Source: Octopus vulgaris (taxonomy: Eukaryota). Taken from it: a DNA stretch of 64,000 nt. The stretch lies in NCBI GenBank assembly GCA_951406725.2, contig OX597817.1, forward strand, positions 5,208,001-5,272,000. Direction: 5' to 3'. This document shows, one piece after another, positions 1-11,665 of the stretch (the first letter of the stretch is position 1; each line of letters opens with the position of its first letter). A program made the translations under genes and the position numbers. The notes under the pieces are model-generated. The model had not been told where the DNA came from and ran no database searches. It saw only the letters and a program-made list of their open reading frames with translations.

Positions 1-1555
1 TATAATATTTTTATTTTTCCTACGGGTGTTACTACTTCGTTTCTTTCTCATGTTATGTGTTTTGTCATTTCAGAAATAGCATCATTCTTTCGTTTATTAT
101 CATCATATTTTAACAAGCATCACGCAAGAATAATAACAAAGATTGTTAGGCCAAAGCTTAGACTATATTTACTGAAAGATGCCCATATTTATTTATATAA
201 TCCTAAATTAAGAAACTAAAGGGAAAAATTATGAATAACTAAAAGAAATAGGAAGAAAGGAACGAAAGAAAGGAATGAAAGAAGAATGAATGGTAATGTT
301 AATATTAAACGATGGGTACTTTTTTGTAATTTATTTTACATTATTATGGATGCTTCAGTTTACATCATATGAATAATTATACACTAGGTTTTTCAAAGTA
401 CTATATGAACTCTGATGATTTGATTTTGCTACAAAGTTATATGCTTGTATTTATTACCTCTGAAGACTTTTGGAGATCTCGTCTCACTTTGGGGAATTCG
501 TGTATAATGTGAACATCAGCCTCGATAATTCATGTTGGAGGACACAAACATGCCGTTGGAGTTATTACTATAGTTGTTTAACTTCACCTTAGCTCAGAAT
601 CAATAGACATATGATCAATATCCCTCTTAAACATAATGTATCTAAGACCAAATTATCAAATGTGTCAATTGGTTGTTGTTATTTTTGGCAATACTTCATA
701 TTTTAGACGTCTGTTTTGTTTGTGTTGATATTTTGAAGCATACTATCCTTGATTGAGCAGATCTTTAATCAAAGGAGCTCGACTTACGACCATCTAATTT
801 CATACAGATATAGTGTTTCTAGGACTACACGCTATAATGGAAAATAGGTGTGTTTTAACGAAATTGTAGCTGTTATTTCTACCACGATGTATTTAATCGA
901 TCAAATGGAAGCAGTCAATGGCTCGACAGTGAACTGATGAAGCCTGATGAAAAGACAGAAGTTTAGGAACAACCTTTGAATTGTTTCGATATAACAGAAG
1001 AAAAACTAAATTGTAAACGTGTATTGCACTGTGGTATCTATTTCTCTAACTCCTATTTTAAAAGTAATTTCATAGCTCTATGGAGTTCGCTTGGCTAGAG
1101 CAGCATATTGTAAATTAGTTTGTTTACAATATTCTGGCTACAGCAGCATATTGTAAACTAATTGGATACAAGCTATCATACTTAAAATATTGAGCTGAAA
1201 ATAATGCTTCATCAATTGGAATTATATCCTTAATGAAAAAATGAAATCTCTTTTGCGTTAATGAAAATTCTTGAAAGGGAAGAGAAAGACTCTGAAATTG
1301 AAAACTATAAGGATTAAACGGAAATATAAACTGGAGGATGAACAAATTAATTGAAGACCCAAAATTATTTTGAATCAAATAAACATATTATTCGGTAAAA
1401 CACGTCTTTATCTCAAGCACTCTGTGTTTAAAAAATAGTTTTCATTTCATTAAAATTTCATATTATTTCTACATAACATATATTGTAAAGAATAAAAATG
1501 TATTTCATAATTAAATTGCTGTATGTATGACTTAAATCAATTGTATTATTCAAGG

Positions 1556-1764
1556 TTAACGGTGTGTATCAATGTTTCCATATCGTTTCATATCGTTTAC
1601 TAGTTCAACCATTATTGGTTTGTGTTCTGTCATGTTTAGCATGGTCGCGCTGTTGTGACCTGTCGAATCTTTGATGCCAAGATTTTCTCTGCCTGCTTCC
1701 TTGCTCTGAAGGTGCACTAAAGGGTGGTTTTGGATAAGTTTATGCATTATTGTTTTAATGAATT
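1556..1764 (-). CDS. Candidate terminal coding exon of an unidentified host gene
   Basis: Strong acceptor cattttatcttctttcatagatctttacag| then an open phase-1 frame FIKTIMHKLIQNHPLVHL...NIDTHR* in non-repetitive sequence. No family recognised. Confidence 0.4.
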
Positions 1765-2183
1765 CTGTAAAGATCTATGAAAGAAGATAAAATGAAGTCA
1801 TCATTACTAGAAAGAATTTTTTAAATGTATTTTTGCTCGAAAATGGGAAGCATTGCATGCCTTTGAGGAAAACAAAATTTCAAAAATGAAAAGACATTAC
1901 TATTAAAACATAAACGTTGTCTTCCATCTAAGACAGATTTTATTTGATAATTTTTAATATCTGAGATAAAACTATCATATTCAGATTTTCTTGGATACTG
2001 CTTCACGTTCATAATTTCTCAGTTAATCTTTAACTCTATACTATTTAATTCTGTGAATTTCTTTTTTTTTAGTCGTATAAAATAAATGATATTGGATGAT
2101 ACAAGCAGCAACTGAGACAAAAGAAATTGTAGCATACGGATGAGACATGAACTACACATAAATCGCTTCCTTGAAGCTCCATG

Positions 2184-2240
<57 letters not shown>

Positions 2241-2242
<2 letters not shown>

Positions 2243-5200
2243 AATTGAGATAGGGGTTGTAAATGCAACCCTCCATGGGATAACATATATCCAATCTACC
2301 GCTAGTTAAGTACCCAACAAAGTTAATACATAAATGTTAATAATTGCGATGCAATTAATTCACTTATTCCATTTGAAACGAATATGATTATTCATTCGAA
2401 CAGCGGACGAAATGCAAACAACCTTGGATGCAAGCTGTGCTATAGAACCTTTGCAACTGAGAGAGGCTTGAAGATACATCAGGGAAAGACTTGTGAGAAG
2501 AGGACAGAGCAGTGTGGATCGTCAGATCGTAAAACACGTGGCAAATCATCCCCGGACTCAAACCACAGCGGATCGATAAATGCTACAGCACAGAACTCTT
2601 CACGTGAAGAAACTACAAGTCATGAAACTGGTGCATCGGATAATACTCAGAGGAAACCGAGGGTTTTGTGGCCTGCTGCTAATGAGAAAGTGAAATATAA
2701 AGAGTTTGAAAACAAGGTTTGTCGGACTCTTTATAAAATGACAGGCTCTACAGTGGAAAAACTGGGAAAATTATCAAGCTCAATATACGATGTAGCAAGA
2801 GATTTATTTGGAATAAAAGAGAATATCCGACTAGAGAAAGGAAAGTGTGGACCAAGCAGGAGGATCAGAAAAATGCAGCAGTTGAGGAAGGAAAAGTCCG
2901 ACTTAAGAAAGAGATGGAGATGTGCTGCACTAGATGAGAAACCTGGCCTTGCGTTGCTGTATAACGATTTGAAGAGGAAATGTCGTTATGTGCAACGACA
3001 TATTCGCCGATATGAGCGTCGAAAAGAAAGTAAAAGGACTCGAGGGCAGTTTCTGAAGGACCCGTACGGGTTTACTAAGAAGCTGTTCACTGAGCCGAAG
3101 AGTGGTACTTTATCGTGCACTAAAGAAGAATTGGATGCTCATATCAAGGAAACCTACAGCGATCCGCACCGTAATCAGCCGCTGCCATCTCTACATGGGC
3201 TAAATCATCTCTCAGGACCTGATATCGAATTCCAGATTGGGGACATCAGGGAGAGAGAGGTGAATGACTTCGTAAGAAAAGCTAGAGCGAAGAGTGCCCC
3301 AGGAGGTGATGGCGTCTCATATAAAGTCTACAAATACTGCAATCGTCTGCGAAAGAAGCTCTTCGTCCTAATCCGACAACTGTGGCGCGAGGAGACTATA
3401 GTAGAGGATTGGTGTAAGGCAGAAGGTATATACCTGCCGAAAGAGGCCAATGCAAAGACCATAAAACAGTTTAGGCCGATATCCTTATTGAATGTGGAAG
3501 GCAAGATCTTTATGGGAATTCTGTCGAGGAGAACAGTGACATATTTACAGAGTAACGGATATGTTGATGAATCTGTTCAAAAGGCCGGAATCCCCGGGAT
3601 CCCTGGATGCGTTGAACACTGTTTTTCGATTTGGAAAGCGATTCAGGATGCCAAACAGAACAAGAAAAGTCTGAACGTGGTATGGCTCGACCTAGCTAAC
3701 GCGTATGGTTCAGTGCCACACAAATTACTAATAACAGCCATGGACCACTTCCACATTCCTGACAAAGTGATCAAAATAATGAGGATGTACTATGAAAGTT
3801 TCGAAATGAGGTTTACAACTGGAAGTTTTACAACAAATTGGCACCGATTGGAGGTTGGCATTGCTGCTGGCTGTACAATATCTGTCACGTGGTTTATCTT
3901 AGTCATGGAGTTGATTTTGAAAGGTGTAGATTTTTCGGAACAAATCGCCCATGTACAATCGCCTAAGAAAGCCTTCATGGATGACGTGACACTTCTAGCT
4001 ACAGATAAACAAATCATGCAGAATGCCCTTTTGAGATTAGACGAACGTGTAAGGTGGTCAAGGATGCGATTTAGAGCAAAAAAGTCGCGTAGTCTGACAT
4101 TTGTTAAGGGAGTGCAGAAAGAATTTAAATTTCGAATATCGGAAGAAAGCATTCCAACAGTCAAGGAAGAGCCCGCCAAGAGCTTGGGACGAGTATACGC
4201 TGGAACATTGTCAGATAGAAGTCGTGGGATTGAAATTATGAAACAGGCCGAGGCTGGGTTATCAGCGATTGATGTTTCGAAGTTACCAGGTAAATATAAA
4301 ATTTGGTGCTTGCAGTTCGGCCTGTACCCGCGACTTGCGTGGCCACTTTTAATATACGAAGTAGCATTGTCACGAGTTGAAAAGATCGAACAAAAATGTA
4401 ATGTGTTCATTAGAAAGTGGCTAGGTCTACCTCGTATGTTGAACAGCTCAGCTCTTTATCGTAAAAGAGGTTCGTTGCAGTTACCAATAGCATCAATAGT
4501 CGAAATATATAAGTTGGGGAAGATACGGACGGTCATGATGCTGAGAGAATCGAAGGATATGGAAATCAGGCGTAACCCACCAGAGGTGAAAACAGCCAGG
4601 AAGTGGAAAGCAGAAGCAGAAACTGACAACATCTTGTCTTCTCTTACACACAGAGATATGGTGGGAGCAACGCAGAACCATCGGAAAGGATTTGGTTTTG
4701 GCGCGGATCAGTTCAGACCGTTTGCAAGCATGATGCCGTGTGAACGCAGATCTGTTGTTAGCAACAGCGTCAAAACAAGAGAAGCAGAAAGAAGAGAACT
4801 TCATTTGATCCGATGTGTTCATCAAGGTCAGATGACGAGATGGGAAGAACATGTTGTTGAGAGGAAGATAAGTTGGGATGAGATGTGGAAGTGGACAACA
4901 TCTCGGCTGAGTTTCCTGATTCGTTCATCTTATGATGTTTTGCCATCACCTACGAATCTAGTAAGATGGAACGTCTTAGAGAATGACGTCTGCAAATGTG
5001 GAAAAGTCGGTACACTAAAACATATTCTTTCCAACTGTTCGTTAGCATTGAACAGGTACACATGGAGGCACAACTTGGTCCTTAAGGTTATCTTCAATGC
5101 TATAAAGAATCAAATTCATCTCAACAACACTGAGGAAAAATCGTTAAAAGTACCATCAAGAGAGTTCATTACCTTCGTGCGACCAGGTCAGCAGATCCGT

Positions 5201-5848
5201 TTCAAGAAGAAGACCAAGAAGCTTCCTGAGAAAAATGAAAAGTGGAACGACTATTGGGAGGTAACTGCAGATTTACCTGGGTGCCAGGTTTTCTTTCCCA
5301 TCCCAGTTTCGAAAAAACCAGATATTTTGATGTGGTGTGAAAGAAAGAAAGTTTTAAATATAGTCGAGCTAACGGTTCCTCACGAAGATAATATGGACGC
5401 CGCTCGAGCTCGAAAATTAAACCGTTATGAAAACCTCCTCGAGGAATATGAAGACGCAGGCTGGAAAGCGGAACATTTTCCTATCGAAGTCGGATGTAGA
5501 GGGTTTGTAGGACACAGCGTGAGACGACTGTTGTTATCGTTAGGCCTAACTCATCGTAAAGTCAATACCACCATGACTGATATCCAATCTACAGTGGAGA
5601 AGGCTAGCCACTGGATTTGGTTAAAAAGAGACGATGAGCGATGGCTAGAAGTATATTGAGTTCATCATAACCAGCTGATCTAGCAAGCGGGGCCTCATAT
5701 CAGTGAGGGGGGCCGGTGCGCATTGATGCCGTCGAGAGGTAGGCCCCGAAACGGCGCGCATTCTCTCCTGATGACCCCATACACTTGCTAGCTTCCGATA
5801 TACGGAGCTTTTAACTGGTAGCACTTGCATGTGCAAGTTGTTTGCAAG
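2241..5848 (+). mobile_element. Apparently full-length HERO-type retrotransposon with short structured UTRs
   Basis: Non-repetitive sequence starts right after (TA)n at 2240. ORF 2384-5659, GC-rich structured 3' UTR, then ATATATAT resumes at 5849. Ends are inferred. Confidence 0.8.
2384..5659 (+). CDS. Single ORF of a HERO-clade (R2-group) non-LTR retrotransposon: zinc finger + reverse transcriptase + CCHC knuckle + restriction-like endonuclease
   Basis: Uninterrupted 1091 aa. N-terminal CKLC..F..ERGLKIHQGKTC finger; RT motifs FRPISLLN, QKAG, WLDLANAYGSV, GIAAGC, AFMDD; CKC..TLKHILSNC knuckle; RYTWRHN; KPD..ELTVP REL core; C-terminal EKASHWIWLKR. AFMDD and ELTVP are typical of HERO. Confidence 0.93.
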   Translation: MIIHSNSGRNANNLGCKLCYRTFATERGLKIHQGKTCEKRTEQCGSSDRKTRGKSSPDSNHSGSINATAQNSSREETTSHETGASDNTQRKPRVLWPAANEKVKYKEFENKVCRTLYKMTGSTVEKLGKLSSSIYDVARDLFGIKENIRLEKGKCGPSRRIRKMQQLRKEKSDLRKRWRCAALDEKPGLALLYNDLKRKCRYVQRHIRRYERRKESKRTRGQFLKDPYGFTKKLFTEPKSGTLSCTKEELDAHIKETYSDPHRNQPLPSLHGLNHLSGPDIEFQIGDIREREVNDFVRKARAKSAPGGDGVSYKVYKYCNRLRKKLFVLIRQLWREETIVEDWCKAEGIYLPKEANAKTIKQFRPISLLNVEGKIFMGILSRRTVTYLQSNGYVDESVQKAGIPGIPGCVEHCFSIWKAIQDAKQNKKSLNVVWLDLANAYGSVPHKLLITAMDHFHIPDKVIKIMRMYYESFEMRFTTGSFTTNWHRLEVGIAAGCTISVTWFILVMELILKGVDFSEQIAHVQSPKKAFMDDVTLLATDKQIMQNALLRLDERVRWSRMRFRAKKSRSLTFVKGVQKEFKFRISEESIPTVKEEPAKSLGRVYAGTLSDRSRGIEIMKQAEAGLSAIDVSKLPGKYKIWCLQFGLYPRLAWPLLIYEVALSRVEKIEQKCNVFIRKWLGLPRMLNSSALYRKRGSLQLPIASIVEIYKLGKIRTVMMLRESKDMEIRRNPPEVKTARKWKAEAETDNILSSLTHRDMVGATQNHRKGFGFGADQFRPFASMMPCERRSVVSNSVKTREAERRELHLIRCVHQGQMTRWEEHVVERKISWDEMWKWTTSRLSFLIRSSYDVLPSPTNLVRWNVLENDVCKCGKVGTLKHILSNCSLALNRYTWRHNLVLKVIFNAIKNQIHLNNTEEKSLKVPSREFITFVRPGQQIRFKKKTKKLPEKNEKWNDYWEVTADLPGCQVFFPIPVSKKPDILMWCERKKVLNIVELTVPHEDNMDAARARKLNRYENLLEEYEDAGWKAEHFPIEVGCRGFVGHSVRRLLLSLGLTHRKVNTTMTDIQSTVEKASHWIWLKRDDERWLEVY

Positions 5849-6883
5849 ATATATATTTACATGCACACACTTTATCAGTCACTTAGCGTTGGTAATTTAG
5901 TTTAATCAACTTCTAATTTCTCGAATAGAATACTGCCTTGTTTTCGAAGCCATACATTGTAAGCTGTGTGAATTTTAGGGCTGGGTCTTATCGCTGTTTG
6001 TCATATCATATGCTGGACGACTAATGCATTACGCGATGGCAAAAATTCAGTTACGTTAAAAACTAATCGTACGAGGAATATGTTCACGCCCAATGTAGTA
6101 ACGTATCTTGTTCAGAAACAATCCAGCGAAGCCATTACATAGTTATTCGGTTTTCGAAGGTTCCTCAATCAAATCACCCTTAAATTACTCAGTACCGCTT
6201 TAAAAGGAGAAGAGCACTATGCATAACCCAGTCCTATATATACCACTAGAAAGAAAGACTCAGTGGCCACAAATGGAATATATTTGATCAGAAGTTTCTT
6301 CTTTTAGAGATTAATAACAACAATGAAAATGTATTTATAAATTGCAATAATAGTAAGATGTTTCTTTCTCAATATTGGTACTTTTCTGTCCCTTAATTTG
6401 CTGTTAAGTGACCAGTTTCTTTCTCTCAAGGAATCGAGCTTACGTAAAGCGTAAAATCTACAAGTTCATACTCTGTTTAAAATAATAAAACCATATATTT
6501 TGCTAAATTCTCACTTAATCCTAGATTTTAACTTGAATAACCGTTGTAAAAATAAATTTGACCACAAGGTGACCTTGTACATATTTTTTCTGGTCAGAAA
6601 CAGAATTAAACAGATAAATTCGGAAGAGCGCTCATTCAGATAAATGAGAAGATAATTCGTTTCATTGCTCAATTAAAACAGTATCACTATTCAAGTAATT
6701 TGGTTAAATGAATCAGACTTCAGTAAAACCAGAATAGTGGTCAGTAAATGGATATTTAATCGTATAACCGCTACTCCTCCAAATTTTTATAGAAAAATCA
6801 ATTTGATAGGAAAATGATGAATGTAAAGTTGAATGTATAGCAATTTTTCTGTAGTTTTAGTATTCCAGTTTTGTTGCTATTTT

Positions 6884-7008
6884 TTATTGTCTATGACTAG
6901 TCTCAGCTGTTCTGTGGTTGTTGCGTAATTTCGAGAGCGATGGCAACCATGAAACACTGGTAAGATCGACACTTTTCTTGTACAGTTCGAAAGTTTGTAC
7001 TTTGACGT
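6884..7008 (-). CDS. Weak candidate terminal exon
   Basis: Acceptor tatttattctgcag| then phase-1 frame VKVQTFELYKK...SHRQ*. Short, could be chance. Confidence 0.22.
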
Positions 7009-9364
7009 CTGCAGAATAAATATACCCTATATGGTCTTTCAGGGACAAGCTACAAATAGCTGCCAAATCTCCAGCAGATCACATCTTATCATCTCAAAAA
7101 ATAAAGACATTGGGAAGATCCAACGGCTAACGTCGTCCTATATATATTATGTCTGTAAATAGTAGAATGCTTTTAGTAATAAGTTTCCTCAATCAGATCC
7201 GAAATAACGGCAAACAACCTCAATGCTGCAAGGGAGACAGAGAATTCTTGAGAGCTAAATATCTGTATAGGAATGGTTAGGAAAAGTGTTTAATGTAGGT
7301 TTTGAGATAGTAGAATACTATTGCGATGAGGAGTGGATGCGGAACGAATGTATCTAATTGTATTGTGTGTTGTTGAAATGCTATACATTACTTTCGAGAA
7401 GAAGCAGAAGTAATCTTAATTTCAGAGAGAAAGGGAGGTGATGATACATTTGAGAGCTCGTAATTAAAGCGTGTTGGTGTCAATCACCAAATTTCCTTTC
7501 TTATTAAAGACGAGCGGGACTAGTATGTATTCTCATAACATTAGCATCATGTCTGAGAGTTTAGAATGACATAACTTATGAATGCTTTCATGGACAGGAT
7601 CATAGACGTGAGGTGTTCAATTCTATTCTTATTCTTTCATACTTTCGAGTAGACAAAAGGTTGTCTTTTCATTGAAATTTGGCAGGTCAGAAATTGAAAT
7701 TGTGTAAAAATCCGACAAATACCCATTCATATTTGACCGTGGCAAACGCTCGTCCAACGCCGGAGATTGATCCTTGAATGAATATTTCAAAGTCTACTCA
7801 ACTGCAGCATTCGGTCAACGTTTCCGGTCTGACGTTAATTTACCCATTTTTCTTTTTTTTACTATCGGTGGCACAGGTCTTGAAATAAGTCAGTAGCACT
7901 GCCTTTTCGCTTCTGACAAAGGGGCAAAATTGACAATGGGTTCGGTTTTGTCCCGAGGAACCAATGAACGAGAATCTTCAGGATATGATGAGCGTTTATT
8001 CCTTTTAATTTTTAGAAGAAAAAATAGTTATTGCCTATTTCTCTGGGATGAATTAATTAACAAATACTGAATCACCAAAACAAAACGAAATTTTTTCAGC
8101 ATGTTTAAATTCTGACTAATGAGCTAACAGTCCATTTCATATTTTTGTGCAATTGTCGTACTAAAGATAATAGGAAATATCTGAATTAGAAACAAGACTT
8201 AATATTGCTGTTGTTGTATACACTCCAAATAAGCATTTGTCTATCAAAGCTATCATAAAAGATTTTTCATCATCCAAATGTTGACAATCCTGTTCTATTC
8301 ACTGCTTTTGTTGTCGTTTTTTTTTCAAGTATAATGTATCTAGAACTATCAAATTCAATGTTCTTTTACAGAGTTTCTTGGATTACAATAGTCAATACAT
8401 CGTTTTATGAAAGACGCACGCATTCAGTCTGATGGAAATTAGTATTATTCTTTATATGCTAATATCTATGATCTTTAGTAATACATTTGATTATAAACAC
8501 GGCTGATGATAAAAGAAAATGGCAAACATATTGAAAGCTTATCATTTACTCGTACTTTCCCCGATAAAGAGTACATACGATGAGTTTGAGGATGATGTTA
8601 ATAAAGAAGCGGATAGGTAGAAAGAAAAGGATGAGAAGGAAAAGGGAAGAGAAACAAGAGTAAAGGAGGCGGAGAATAGGGTGGTTAGAGCTGTTAATGT
8701 AAAGCGAATATTTTTGCTTCATATGCGTCGCAATTTTGCATTGGCGTATGTTTAGTTTTACCAAAGCATTGGCAAATAAATATTAAACGTTTTATCAATT
8801 TCTTTCTCGTATAAATGCTTTTGCAAAAAAGTAATTTCTGGAAAAGATTTTTAAATGTTCTTTGCTCAAAATGTCTAGAAAATTTCGATTTAAACATTGT
8901 AAAGTCTATTATATTCTTAGAGAAACTAGTAATGATCAACAGTAAATAAATTTCGTAATATCAGATACATTTGTAATTAGTGAACCGAAAGGAGTTTTGT
9001 AGTTTCAACTACGGCTCTTCCTCGGGACAGAGTCCTGCTTAGAATCTTAAAATCTTACAGTTATATTCAAAGTAACGAAATATTCTTATTTTGCAATTCG
9101 TATTTTAAGGAATACAGAATCAGAAGAACATGATATATGTTTGTTTCAAAATATTTTTTTTTTCGAATTATGACAGTATTATTATATGAAAATACTAAAT
9201 ACTTATTTTATGTGTTGCCTGCACTTTAGGGATAAATAAGGGTGAGGAGCAGCAGTCTTTCTTATTTATAAATTTGTATGACGTAATGATAAATCAATAC
9301 CTCAAAACTCCTATAATTAATGGCGTATGGGGTTCCGTCCATCATCATGTCGACAAAAGTGCAC

Positions 9365-9694
9365 AGTGTCTTCTACTATAACCTCAGGCCGACCAAAGCC
9401 TTGTGAGTGAATTTGGTAGACGGAAACTGAAAGAAGCCCGTCATATATATGTATATATGTATGTGTGTGTGTATATGTTTGTGTGTCTTTGTTTGTTCCC
9501 CCCTCCCAACATCGCTTGACAACCGATGATGGTGTGTTTACGTCCCCGTAATCTAGCGGTTCGGCAAAAGAGACCGATAGAATAAGTACTAGGCTTACAA
9601 AGAATAAGTCCTGGGGTCGATTTGCTCGACTAAAGGCGGTGCTCCAGCACGGCCACATTCAAATGACTGAAACAAGTAAAAGAGTAAAAGAGAG
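9365..9694 (+). mobile_element. tRNA-derived SINE family B, 5'-truncated
   Basis: Near-identical to copies at 21108, 25751, 39455 and 44185 (ttgtgagtgaatttggtagacggaaactgaaagaagccc; internal TA/GT tract; tail ggcggtgctccagc..aagtaaaagag). Confidence 0.85.
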
Positions 9695-11457
9695 TGTTAC
9701 TGTCGAAGGTATCCTTAGATGTTTTCCGTAAAGTTTCCAGAAAATATTGAAATATTCAGGCTCCCTAATAATATCGTTGTCGGATACGACATCGCTAAAA
9801 CAGTTGCATATCATTACACACGCTGCGTGTTTGACAACTGCCATGAATATCTTGAAAGAATCTTCGTTTAATTTCTACTGCTTAAATCCTATTTTCTCGT
9901 TTCTCCATATTTCTTTCTATAGTTCCTCCAAAGTGAAACATTTTTGTAGTCTTCAATCATCTACTGGTGAATTTTTCGTCTCTCTAAAAATTTTATTGAA
10001 CTTTCTATCAGTAGTTTTTTCCATCAACGAAACCTAGCCCAAGACAATTGTAAACTGGAGATTCTGAAAAAAGATCTTTATTCCTATTTCATTTTTTTGT
10101 TTTCTGTGTATTGCCTTAATTGATTGAAGACATTTAGCAGCTCGTATATTTGATGAGTAAATGATCATTTATCACTAGTCGATTGGTAAGCAACATTTAT
10201 AGGCATTTTTCAATATTTACTACGAAAGGAAATACATATAGCTCTGCAGCTTCGTAATGATGCAGCATACAATTGTTTCTCAAGTTCATTATATGCATTC
10301 ATTAGAAAGATTTTATTCATTGAAATCAGTATCGGAACGCAAACTAAATATATTTTTTGTCTTATCATGACAGTCCATTTTCACGCGGTGAACTTGCAGA
10401 ATATTTACCTCTCCGGACAAAAGCTAAGGGGGCATTTACATTCTTAATTTAAATGTTTCCAAATTCAACTTAGCCATTTATCCTTTCAGAGTCAATAATA
10501 TAAGTACCAGTTGAGTATTACGGTTGATGTAGTCGACTTATCCCCTCCCTTGACATTGCTGGATTTTTGCCAAAACTTGAAACCATTATTACAGTTTATT
10601 CTCGTCTAATATTCGGCAGAATCACTAAAGTCGCAAACACAGCTTTGCAATATTATGGTATATACCTTTAAGTGACTTGAAATTTACTTTAAAATCAAGA
10701 TATACTGTCCATCAATTTTCTCGACATGACTTCCATATTATAAACGATTATCATAGGAGACGTTTAATGATATTTAAAATACCCTTTATCCGTTACCATA
10801 AAATTTTTAATAATATTTTAGTAATTTATATACTTAATGCAAATTTGGAACACTGAAAACTTTTAACATCCCTATTAAATAATTGTTTATTAAATCTAGA
10901 GAAGAGCAAATGTATAAATATCTGAATAGTTGCATATGATAGGTTATCTGATTAGTTTCGCTTTGTTTTGCATGTGGATGTGTGTGTGCCTGCGTGTGTG
11001 TGTACGCTTGTTTTAATGAATTTGTGTGTAACAATAACATTATCAATTAAACAATGAATGCTACTTAAATCTGCTTAAAATTTAACACTTAATCGTGAAT
11101 GTCTTCCAAAAATAATTGCAGATCGAATATATAAGTAATTAAGTTAATGTTAACATATTTAATGTGGTAAGTATCTATAATGAAATCAGAAATAATTCAG
11201 CGAGGAGGAAAAGACAGAATTAGCGCAATGATAAAAATATTAATCATTGAGTTAAAATGTTGCCATTTCTGAAATGCACAAGTATTTCTTATCAAATTTC
11301 TTATACTCATTAGATTTTATTGCGCTAACACTAACTTAACTGCTAGTGGTTGGGAAGCAAGCTTGTTACCACACAGCTAATCCTGCGCCTATGTATATAT
11401 GTATAAATAGATGTATAGATGTGTGTGAGTATGTGTGTATGAATATATGTATGTATA

Positions 11458-11491
<34 letters not shown>

Positions 11492-11545
11492 CATATATAC
11501 ATACATATATATATATGTATTGCATATACACACGCATACTCATGC

Positions 11546-11655
<110 letters not shown>

Positions 11656-11665
11656 ATATATTTAG

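Noticed and set aside
930-990. Two CTGATGA motifs suggesting a hammerhead
   Set aside because: No GAAA box with pairing stems nearby.
3790-4852. Antisense ORFs of 206 aa and 119 aa inside the HERO ORF
   Set aside because: Shadow ORFs of the RT frame with no recognisable motifs.
8546-8690. Hydrophobic minus-strand ORF or exon
   Set aside because: Hydrophobicity is explained by a purine-rich low-complexity tract; no consistent phase partner.
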